This document shows, piece after piece, positions 13,236-24,300 of a stretch of 64,000 nucleotides of DNA (positions are counted from its first letter, which is position 1; each line of letters begins with the position of its first letter). The stretch covers positions 56,730,001 to 56,794,000 of the forward strand of contig NC_073378.1 in the NCBI RefSeq assembly GCF_028641065.1. The letters run 5' to 3'. Below the pieces are notes generated by a model, which saw nothing but the letters and a program-made list of their open reading frames with translations, was not told where the DNA came from and searched no databases. The DNA is from Leucoraja erinacea (taxonomy: Eukaryota). Made by a program: the position numbers and the translations under genes.

Positions 13236-13440
13236 GGCATTGCATATTAAAAAATATCATAAAGTGCATATAAAATCTTAATATATCACTTATAAAAGCA
13301 ACATAAATTATATATTAAAAAAAACACAATACAAGAATTAAAAATCCAGATAAAAGAATGATCAATGTCCTACAACGGGACAACGATACCAGTGTCTCCA
13401 CAGTTGGAATTCGTAGAATTAAAGAAAATCCCAAGGTATA

Positions 13441-15009
13441 CAGTGGCTTGCAAAAGTATTCATACCTCTTGAACTTTTCCACATTTTGTCACGTTACAAC
13501 CACAAGCGTAAATGTATTTTATTGGGATTTTATGTGATAGACCAACACAAAGTGGCGCATAATTGTGAAGTGGAAGGAAAATGATACATGGTTTTCAAAT
13601 TTGTTTACAAATAAAAAACTGAAAAGTGTGGCGTGCAAAAGTATTCAGCCCCCCTGAGTCAATACTTTGTAGAACCACCTTTCGCTGCAATTACAGCTGC
13701 AAGTCTTTTGGGGTATGTCTCTACCAGCTTTGCACATCTAGAGACTGAAATTTTTGCCCATTCTTCTTTGCAAAATAGCTCAAGCTCAGTCAGATTGGAT
13801 GGCGAGCGTCTGTGAACAGCAATTTTCAAGTCTTGCCAGAGATTCTCAATTGGATTTAGGTCTAGAGTGACTGGGCCATTCTAACACATGAATATGTTTT
13901 GATCTAAACCATTCCATTGCAGCTCTGGCTGTATGTTTAGGGTCGTTGTCCTGCTGGAAGGTGAACCTCCGCCCCAGTCTCAAGTCTTTTGCAGACTCTA
14001 ACAGGTTTTCTTCCAAGATTGCCCTGAATTTGGCTCCATCCATCTTCCCATCAACTCTGACTAGCTTCCCTGTCCCTGCTGAAGAAAAGCATTCCCACAG
14101 CATGATGCTGCCACCACCATGTTTCACAGTGGGGATGGTGTGTTCAGGGTGATGTGCAGTGTTAGTTTTCCGTCACAAATAGCGTTTTGCATTTAGGACA
14201 AAAACTTCAATTTTGGTCTCATCTGACCAGAGCACCTTCCTACACATGTTTGCTGTGTCCCCCACATGGCTTGTGGCAAACTGCAAATGGGACTTCTTAT
14301 GGCTTTTTTTCAACAATGGCTTTCTTCTTGCCACTCTTCCATAAAGGCCCGATTTGTGGAGTGCACGACTAATAGTTGGCCTGTGGACAGATTTTCCCAC
14401 CTGAGTTGTGGATCTCTGCAGCTCCTCCAGAGTTACCATGGGCCTCTTGGCTGCTTATCTGATCAATGCTCTCCTTGCCCAACCTGTCAGTTTAGGTGGA
14501 CGGCCATGTCTTGGTAGGTTAGCAGTTGTGCCATACTCTTTCCATTTTTGGATGATGGATTGAGCAGTGCTCCGTAAGATGTTCAAAGCTTGGGATATTT
14601 TTTTATAACCTAACTCTGCTTTAAACTTCTCCACAACTTTATCTCTGACCTGTCTGTTGTGTTCCTTGGGCTTCATGATGCTGTTTGTTCACTAATGTTC
14701 TCTAACAAACCTCTGAGGCCTTCACAGAACAGCGGTATGTATACTGAGATTAGATTACACACAAGTGGACTCTATTTACTAATTAGGTGATTTCTGAAGG
14801 CAATTGGTTGCACTGGATTTTATTTAGGGGCATCAGAGTAAAGGGGGCTGAATACTTTTGCACGCCACACTTTTCAGTTTTTTATTTGTAAAAAAATTTG
14901 AAAACCATGTATCATTTTCCTTCCACTTCACAATTATGCGCCACTTTGTGTTGGTTATCACATAAAATCCCAATAAAATACATTTACGTTTGTGGTTGTA
15001 ACGCCACTG
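13441..15009 (-). mobile_element. Tc1/mariner IR-DR transposon, Passport-like
   Basis: TA|CAGTGG...CCACTG|TA; long TIRs 13441-13653 and 14843-15009 with the inner DR gcaaaagtattca. Confidence 0.95.
13659..14676 (-). pseudogene. Tc1 DD34E transposase, two stops and one frameshift
   Basis: [39 protein letters not shown]..(fs)[17 protein letters not shown]. Confidence 0.92.
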
Positions 15010-15767
15010 TAAGAGTTAATCCTGACCAGATTGGAGAGGTTAGGATTAAATGGCCTAGCTCTAAATTTGAGCTAGGCCATTTGGTCAATTTGAAAGTGCT
15101 CTCTGTAGAAATGGGACAAACTGCAGAGTGGTGCCAGTTTGGCTAGAGCCTAGATCTGAGCTGCAGGAAGAGAATGTGAACATCTGCAGACCCTGGCAAT
15201 TAGGTGCAAAATGCATAGAAAGGATTGGATGACTGCAAACCAGACATACACATTGTAAATACTTGTAAATAATGTTGCAAAGCTTTACTTTGCTGAATGT
15301 TGATTGAATGAGGTATTGAGCCTTGTCTGGTTTCCTCGCATATCAGAGTAAATGTTGCGATGTTCGCTTTCTCTAAAAAACACTGTTTGAATACAATGTA
15401 TTAGCCACTGTATTATTGGGTTATGGAAATGCCTGTCATGTACTGGGTTAATCGATATCTGTAATTGGATTGTAAAGAGACGACCCCCATGTGGTTCTGC
15501 CCCTCACTATCCGGGGACCTATAAAAGTCTGCTGCCACGAGGTCCTGCGTCGATCTTCTGGGAGAGGGATTGGGACTGCGTGACCTTCTGGAATGTCTCT
15601 GTTTGAGCGAGGCCTAGAGGGCTTGATCAGGCAGATACGCGGATAGAACCCGCGGTGGTTATGTATAGTAATTGAACTGGAATTGTGTTTGTCATAATAA
15701 AGATTAGTTGCGCAAGTGCTTGATTCAGTGGTTTTTGACTAAAACTAGACTGGGGGGGAAGCTTAGA
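15010..15767 (+). mobile_element. Probable solo LTR
   Basis: (tg)taag...cttaga imperfect terminal IR, ctataaaa at ~15519, aataaa at ~15696; sits between two colinear CR1 pieces; no clean TSD. Confidence 0.5.
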
Positions 15768-16113
15768 ATGAGCAATTTACATAAGTACACAAAATGCAAG
15801 TGAATAATTAGGGAGAAGGTAGGGGTAGGACCGCGCAATGATTTAAGGAGGGAATATATGCTTGAAATCAGAGGATGTAGGCAATAAATAAATGAATACT
15901 TACATCTGTATTCGCCAAGGAAAAGGACATAGAGGATACTGAGATTTGTGTGGAGTATACTGATATGCCAACGCACTTCATGGATCAAAAAGGAGGTTGA
16001 AAGACATTAAGGTGGATAAATTCCCAAAGCTTGATGGAATCTATTCCAGGTTATTGAGCAAGGCAAGAGAGAATATTGCAGGTGCCTTGACGAAGATCTT
16101 TGCATCCTTTCTA

Positions 16114-17878
16114 GCAACTGCATTTCAATTTGGTGGCCTTGCACCCTGCTTGAAGTGGTAAGAAACTGCACTTGAGTTTGGTGGCCTTGCACTCTGCTTG
16201 AAGTGGCATGAAACAGCACTTGAATTTGGTGGCCTTACACCCTGCTTCAAGTGGCATGAAACTGCATTTGAGTTTGGTGGCCTTGCATCCTGCTTGAAAT
16301 GAAAGGAAACTACACTTGAGTTTGGTTGCCTGCACCCTGCAAGAAGTGGTAAGAAACTGCACTTGAATTTGGTGGCCTTGCACCCTATTTGAAATTGTTG
16401 GAAACTGCACTTGAATTTGGTGGTCTTGTACCCTGCTTGAAGTGGTATGAAATTGCACTTGAGTTTGGTGACCTTGCATCCTGCTGGAAGTGGTAGGAAA
16501 CTGCACTTGAGTTTGGTGGCCATGCACCCTGCAAGAAGTGGTAAGAAACTGCACTTGAGTTTGGTGCTCTTGCACCCTGCTTGAAGTGGTAGGAAACTGC
16601 ACTTGAATTTGGTGGCCTTGCACCCTGCTTGAAGTGGTAGGAAACTGCACTTGAATTTGGTGGCCTTGCATCCTGCTTGAAATGGTAGGAAACTACACTT
16701 GAGTTTGGTGGCCTTGCATCCTGCTGGAAGTGGTAGGAAACTGCACTTGAGTTTGGTGGTTTTCCACCCTGCTTGAAGTGGTAGGAAACTGCACTTGAAT
16801 TTGTTGGACTTGCACCCTGCTTGAAGTGGTATGAAACTGCACTTGGATTCAGTGGCCTTGCACCCTGCTAGAACTGGTCAGAAACTGCACTTGAATTCAG
16901 TGGCCTTGCACCCTGCCTGAAGTGGTAGGAAACTGCAAATGAATTTGGTGGCCATGCACCCTGCTTGAAGTGGCATGAAACTGCACTTGAATTTGGTGGC
17001 CTTGCACCCTGCTTGAAGTGGCATTAAACTGCACTTGAATTTGGTGGCCTTGCACCCTGCTTGAAGTGGTAAGAAACTGCACTTGAGTTTGGTGGCCTTG
17101 CACCCTGCCTGAAGTGGAAGGAAACTGCACTTGAATTTGGTGGCCATGCACCCTGCTTGAAGTGGTATGAAATTGCACCTGAGTTTGGTGGCCTTCCACC
17201 CTGCATGAAATGGTATGAAACTGCTTTTGAATTTGGTGTCATTGCACCCTGCTTGTAGTTGTATGTAACTGCACTTGAATTTGGTGGCCTTGCAGCCTGC
17301 TTGAAGTGGTCGGAAACTGCACTGGCATTTGGTGGCCTTGCACCCTGCTTGAAGTGGTTGAAACTACACTAGAATTTGGTGGCCTTGCACCCTGCTTGAA
17401 GTGGCATGAAACTGTACTTGAATTTGGTGGTGGTGCACCCTGCTTGAAGTGGCATGGAACTGCATTTGAATTTGTTGGCCTTGCACCCTGCTTGAAGTGG
17501 TAGGAAACTGCACTTGAATTTGGTGGCCTTGCATCCTGCTTTAAGTGGTATGAAACTGCACTTGAATTTGGTGAGCTTGCACCCTGCTTGAAGTGGTATG
17601 AAACTGCACTTCAATTTGGTGGCCTCGCACCCTGCTTGAAGTTGTATGAAACTGCACTTGAATTTGTTGACCTTGCTCCCTGCTTGAAGTGGTATGAAAC
17701 TGCACTTGAATGCGGTGGCCTTGCACCCTGCTTGAAGTCGTCTGAAAATGAATTCAGTGGCCTTGCTCCCTGCTTGAAGTGGTAGGAAACAGCACCTGTA
17801 TTTGGTTGCCTTGCACCCTGCTTGAAATTGTAGGAAACTGCATTTGAATTTGGTGGCCTTGCACCCTGCTTGAAATGG
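16114..17878. repeat. 48-bp tandem minisatellite, ~37 copies
   Basis: unit aaactgcacttgaatttggtggccttgcaccctgcttgaagtggtagg; 16-aa periodic ORFs confirm the period. Confidence 0.95.
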
Positions 17879-18151
17879 AATTTCAAGGAATCGCCATGAG
17901 TGAGCTGCCATCCCACCAGCCATGAGTGAGCTTCCAGCACATCGGGCTTGAGGAACTGAGCTGCCACCCCAAGAATCCATTGGCCCACAATGTCCATACT
18001 AGCCCTCTGGAAACCAGTCCCTTCAGCCCACAACACCCACATCAGCACTCCAGTAAGCCCCGCCCACCCCCGGCCATCACTATTGGAATTGGTGGAGAGG
18101 TGGATTATTGCATTGGGGGACCAGCTGATCCCGTGTGATCACTTAGCCTAG
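17879..18151 (+). mobile_element. Unique tail of the array-bearing element, Helitron-like 3' end
   Basis: ends tgatc-ccgtgt-gatca hairpin, cttagc, CTAG|T immediately before CR1 resumes. Confidence 0.4.
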
Positions 18152-18240
18152 TATTTACATATAAATGACTTGGCTGTAAATGTATTTGGCTTGGTTAGTA
18201 AGTTTGCAAATGACACTAAAATCGGTAGAGTTATTGACAA

Positions 18241-20671
18241 GTAATTAAGTAAATAAGTAACTAAGTAAGTTTATTGGCCAAGTATTCACATACAAGGAAT
18301 TTGCCTTGGTGCTCTGCCCAAAAGTAACAACATGACATACAGTGACAGTTACGAATGACTCAGAAAACACTAAACATTAATAATAATAAAACATTAATGA
18401 TAAAACACCTTTGATCAAGCATGTGAACCAACAAAATACCAGATCAAAGGGATGCTACAGATTTTTGGCTGTTGAGTAGAGCAATAACTCGTGGATAAAA
18501 ACTGTTTTTATGTCTGGCTGTGGCAGCTTTGACAATCCGGAGTCGCCTTCCAGAGGGAAGTGATTCAAAGAGTTTGTGGACAGGGTGAGAGAGGTCAGAG
18601 ATGATCTTGCTCGCTCGCTTCCTGGCCCTTGCAGTGTACAGTTCATCATGGAGGGAAGGTTGCAGCCAATAACCTTCTCTGCTGATCGAACGATTTGCTG
18701 CAGCCTCCAGGTGTCGTGCTTGGTGGCTGAGCCAAACCAGACCATGATGGAGAAGGTAAGAACAGACCCTAAGATAGCTGTGTAGAATTGGACCATCATT
18801 GCCTGTGGCAGATTGTGCTTCCTCAGCTGCCGTAGGAAGTACATCCTCTGTTGTGCCTTTTTGACTGTGGAGTCGATGGTAGCCCCCCAATTAAGGTCCT
18901 TGGAGATGATGGTTCCCAGGAACTTAAAAGACTCCACAGATGTGACTGTGGTGTGGTTGATGGTGAGTGGGTTGAAGGGTGGGGGGAGGGGGAGCTCTCT
19001 TAAAGTGTACAATCAATTCCGCTGTCTTAAGACCATTGAGCTCTAGGTTGTTGCGACAACACCAGGACATCAGCTGTGACACTTCCTGTGTGTAGGCAGA
19101 TTCTTACCCATCCTGGATCAGTTCAATCAGGGTTGTGTCGTCCGCAAACTTGAGAAGCTTGATAGAGGTGTCTGTGGAGGTGTGTAGTGAGTGTAGAGGA
19201 GAGAGTACTCAGCCTTGCGGTGCTCCTATGCTGAGCATTTACACGTTTGAGATGCACTTTTGCAGCCTCACATGCTGCTTCCTGTCTGTCAGGATGCTGA
19301 TGATCCACCAACAGAGGGTTCAGGCACAGTCAACTCGGAAGGTTTGAAGTGTAGTAGCTCTCGCACAATGGTGTTGAATGTAGAGCTAAAATCAGCAAAC
19401 AGGATCCTCGCATAGGTCTCCTTGTGGTCCAAGTGCTGCAGGATGAAGTGCAGGCCCAGTTTGACTGCATCATCCACAGATCTATTGGCCCGATATGCAA
19501 ACTGCAGAAGGTCCAGCAGGGAGTTTGTGATATTTTTCAGCTTGGCCAGCACAAGTCTTTCGAGTGTCTTCATGACTACAGAGGACAGTGCGACAGGCCT
19601 GTCGTCATTAAGACAAGTAATCCTTATCTTTTTGCGTACAGGGACAATAGTGGAGAATTTGAAGCAGGCAGGGAAGTACATGTTTGCAGGGACTGGTTAA
19701 AAATGTCTGTATATACTGTTTGGCACAGAGTTTAAGAGTAGAGGGGGAAACATTGTCAGGTCCTGGAGATTTCCGGCTTTTTTGTCCTCTGATGCCTCTC
19801 CACCTCCTCTATTTTTATTGTTGATATTGGATAAATGATGTTGTGCAGCACAGAGGGTGTGGGTGATTGGGTGTGAAGTGGTGATTGGAGGGGGGTAGGT
19901 GTAGAAAGGCCCAGTCTTTGCAGACTGAGGTCAGGCTGTGAGTGGGTGTGAAGTGTTGGTTGGGGTGGGAAATGGTCCAGTCTTTTCATACTGGAGTCCT
20001 GCCTTAAGTAGGTGTGAAGTGGTGAATGGGAAGGAGAGGGTGCAGGGTTCATTCTTTGTAGACTTGGGTCTAGCTGTGTTGGTTTGGGGCAGGGAGGGGA
20101 GGGGGTACCATGGTTATGTTTCTGATTTTCAAACCTGCAGTAAAATTCATTCAGGTCGTTGGTCAGCTGAAGATTGTCCAAAGAGCGGGGGGCTTTCCTC
20201 TTATAGCTGGTAATTTCTTGCAAGCCCTTCCAAACTGAAGAAGAGTCACTAGCTGAGAACTTGCTCCTCAACTTCTCAGAGTACCTTTCCTTGGCAGCTC
20301 TGATTCCCCTTCGCAGCTTGTACTTGGCCTGCCTGTAGAGGTCTGCATCCCCGCTCCTGTAGGCCTCCTCTTTAGACCGTCGGAGCTCTCTGAGTTTTGT
20401 AGTGAACTGGGGCTTGGTGTTGTTGAACCATGTCCGGGTCTTAGTTGGAATGCAACTGTCCTCGCAAAAGCTGACATATGATGATACAGTGTCCGTATAG
20501 TGCCCTCGCTTGTCCACCTTTTCGTTGCTCTGACCACAGGCTTAGCAGCTTTTAACCTGCCTGTAGGTCGGAATAAGGTGAACTAGACAGTGATCAGAGA
20601 GACCCAGACCCACCCAGGGAACAGAACGATATGCGTTCTTGATTGCCGTATAACAGTGATCGAGTGTTCTC
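18241..20671 (-). mobile_element. Rex1/Babar LINE, ~2.4 kb, disrupted
   Basis: [69 protein letters not shown]; (taag)n tail at 18241. Confidence 0.9.
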
Positions 20672-21338
20672 GAGGAATGAGGAAGATTCTTAAAAGATAC
20701 CTCAGGGTATAGACCAGTTACAGATATGGGTGGAGAAATGATAGATGGAGTTTAGGCTGAGCAAGTGTAAGATGTTGTAATTTGAGAGGTTGAAAGTATG
20801 AGGAAAGTGTACAGTTATTGGCAAGACCCTTGGTAAAATTGATGTACAGAGTTATCTTAGGATCTATGTCTATAGCTCCCTGAAAGCTTCAACACAAGTC
20901 AATAGAGTTGTAATGGAGGCCTTGAGTAAAATATTCAGGAATTCATGTTATAGCTTTTTAAAACTAACAAGGCTGCTTTTGGAGAATGTTGTCTGTGGCG
21001 CCACAATTTCACCCAACATTTGGTATTGAATGCTAGCAGTGGTCAGCTTCAGTGGATACACAGGAGTTCAAATGACTCACCTTTAATGGCACTAATGGAA
21101 AAGGTGTTTGCCAAGACCACATACATTTTCACAATGTGCTCAGAGTTAAATTAGATACTAACATTTCTGAGGAAACATTGCTTCAACATTACAATATCAT
21201 ATTCGAAGGGCCGAATGGCCTCCTCCTGCACCTATTTTTTATGTGTCTATGTATTTGCACATATTTTTGAAGGCTGTTGTATTTCTAGCTTAGGGCCTCT
21301 CTCTGTTGGACTGAGGGAAAGGAAATCTATCAGTGATA

Positions 21339-24300
21339 AATAGAAAGATTAAACGAAAACGTACCGTTTGAAGTTTGATCTTTATTTTATGAGATGTTGA
21401 AGTGAGGGACTACGTGAAGAGCCCGCCAGCCCGCATGCGCGTCTATCTTCAGAGCAACTGTATGAAACCACAGACCACTTGCACAAACTTAAACTATAGA
21501 AAGATTAATAACCGTTGACATACCAAATGATTTTTATGAGATGCAGGGTTGGGAGTGGAGGGCACGTCAACTTCTCATAAAATAAAGATCAAACTTCAAA
21601 CGGTAAGTTTTCCTTTAATCTTTATATTTTTTATTGAAGTCCCGTGAGTGACTATGTGAAGCCTTCAAAGCTCTGTGGTTTCATGCAGTAAACCAATCTG
21701 TGTGTGAAACACTTAAACAGATACACCATAAATGGTAGAAAAGATATGGGTTATTAACAACATGATGCTAACTTACATACATGTCCTTTGCCCTTAATCG
21801 GACCACAGTCCCAATTGGCTTTGAGTTGGACAATAACTCATGCAACACTGTTCAGAATTCTATCTGCAATCATCCAGACATATTCAACCAAATTTATAAC
21901 TTCTGAAAGTGCACTGCTGTTGCAAGAAGATTACCAAATGGGAATATCCATTCTATTGGCTGCTAATGATCCATCCACCTTGGAAGAGTGAGACTTGAAA
22001 TTATTTGAATTCTCACCCACTATTAGCTGCTTACACTCTATTCATGTTGAGATAGTCTGCACCAGCAATCTCTTGAGAAAACTATTAATAACAATGAAGA
22101 AACTATCCTTCATCTCATAGGTACTAGTAAGCACAGTGTACCTGTATGCATAATAACACCCACAATCTCCGATCCGGTGGGTATGCTGTCAACTCCATAT
22201 TGTACACAACCGTGCCCGTTTTGCTTTATGAGATCATTCCCATAACAAGCTACCCTCATGTCAGTTATGATCCAGAGACCAAGCTGGAGATTGAGTAAAT
22301 ACTGTGTTCTTTGTGCAGAAATCAGTTGCTAATAGCATAATTAATGGAAAAGATACTGCTCCCATTAGGAATACAGTAGATGAATATCTGCACAATAATT
22401 TTTACTGATACACATTCCACAGTGGGTGAATAAACCAATAATTTATGGTCCCACTTATGGTACTAGAGAGAATGACAAAGCAGCACAAGCAGTGTCAATT
22501 GTGCTATAATCGCTTCTCTAAGCCCAAACTGAAAGAACCACACACCTCTGCTACTTCTGTTTAAAAGTAGCTCACGCGTCTTCTTCACAAACTTCCCGTA
22601 GAGCCGTACAGAGATAGCTGCACGAGAAATAGGCTGAACTAGCCATCACTTGTGACTTCGAGTAAATATCTGAATCTGAATCTGAAATAGGAGCTTCTTT
22701 TACAATGGACACTGAGTAGTCCAAATTGTACAATGAGTGGTCCAAATTGTAGTACAATAAGTAGTCCATATTGGTACTATTAAAATTCATGTCACCTCAT
22801 CTTTAATATCGTAAGGCATCTAGTGATATAACCCCTGAGTTTTATCAACTACAAAAGCATGTCGTCTATAAACTCCATGCACAATGCGCTTTTGATCTGA
22901 GTAGGGCAGCATTAGCTTTAGAATCTTTGTAAATAGCCGAGGCCTGAAGCCAACCCCTAGGTAGAGCCTAAACTTTCTACCACTGGCTTTGTCATCAAAA
23001 ACACCAGATATATCTGTGCCTCTCGTGTATATATATGGAAAAGTATGCATCTTCAAGATCGATTGAGGCCCTAAATCCTCTGAATCAGCTAAATTGCTGA
23101 AATACAATTATCCATCTTAAACTGGTTAACCAAACAAATGATCAGAGTAGCCAAATCCTAACTTGATTTGACATGCTACATTTTTCTTCCCCTGAGAATT
23201 CTCAAAACTTTCTGTGGTTTAAGCCTTTTGATTTTGCCTCAACTGATGGCCTTAACCTACACACCTCCAGTGTCTGACAGAATCAGAACATACACCAGAT
23301 CCTTATGCGATTAGAATTGAAGCATAGCATCCACTTGGTTCCCTGTACAAGTTCCCTGTCAACTCTTCAAGGCAAAATCACCCTCAGATTGAAAAATATC
23401 ATAATGCAACCGTGAACCAGGAGTTGCTGCCGCAGTCCTCTGCCTGGGACGAACTATCTCAGTTGCCAGCGTGCGCAACACATTCTCTTCACCAATGTGA
23501 GCGTGATGGCCCTGGCCTAAAAAAGGCCTCTGGCTAGGTCTAAATTGAGTAGGCCTGGTGTTCCAACCAGCCTCAGAGTACCGATTCCTGCCATACAGGT
23601 GGTATGCCCGCTGGAATACTGAAGCCCTACCCACATAGGATGGTTCTTCCACCCCTGCAGCCACCTAAAATTCTTCCTGCAAGTCTTAAAGTTTCTAACA
23701 TAAGTCCTCTCCGAAGAGACACTTTGCAGGCTGCATGTTACTGGCCCTGCATAAATGAGCAAACTTTTTTAGGAATTACCTCAGGCCTTATAGCATTTTG
23801 CGAAGGCAATTTAGCTCCAATTGCGTATTACATAGAAGTGCTAAAGCATCTTCTGCACTATTGAGAGCTGAACCCATCAACTGCCCTTGCAAAGGCCGTA
23901 ATGACATCAGTGGCCAGTCTTTTAGATAAGCTGAAATTTTAATTCTCTGCCCACGTATCACCACTGAGATATCCCAAATGGTGAGATTGACATTTGGAAC
24001 ATCCAATGTCAGGTAGTTCATCTGGACTGGCATATTTCCCAGCCGTATTCAGCATATACCCCTCCTTAGCTGATAAGAAGTTAAATCACTGATGCTCTTA
24101 GCTAGATCTTCTCCAGTGGATCCCCTATCCCCGAAGGGATGGAAAATTATGTGACAATAGACGGAACTCCTTCATATGATTAAACTGCAGCATATCCCCC
24201 ATCAGTTCAAGGGATTCAAATGCTTTGTCAATATCCCCATAATCAGAGTTACCAGTACTCCCTGCTGAGCAGGAGCTAAAATAATGCAACCCTGTACCAG

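Larger units (their letters stand above)
12850..21010 (+). mobile_element. One old CR1 split into about 5 colinear pieces by younger insertions
   Basis: AYVRFRKIK (12850), RIKENPK (13415), ..NEY..SVF.KE..FASFLA (15770-16113), YINDL..SKFANDTKIG (18152-18240), EEDS..IDQL..W (20672-21010) occur in CR1 ORF2 order. Confidence 0.65.

Noticed and set aside
16114-17878. CRISPR array or repetitive protein gene
   Set aside because: Units are contiguous with no unique spacers and no cas genes; ORFs arise because 48 is divisible by 3, and stops are scattered
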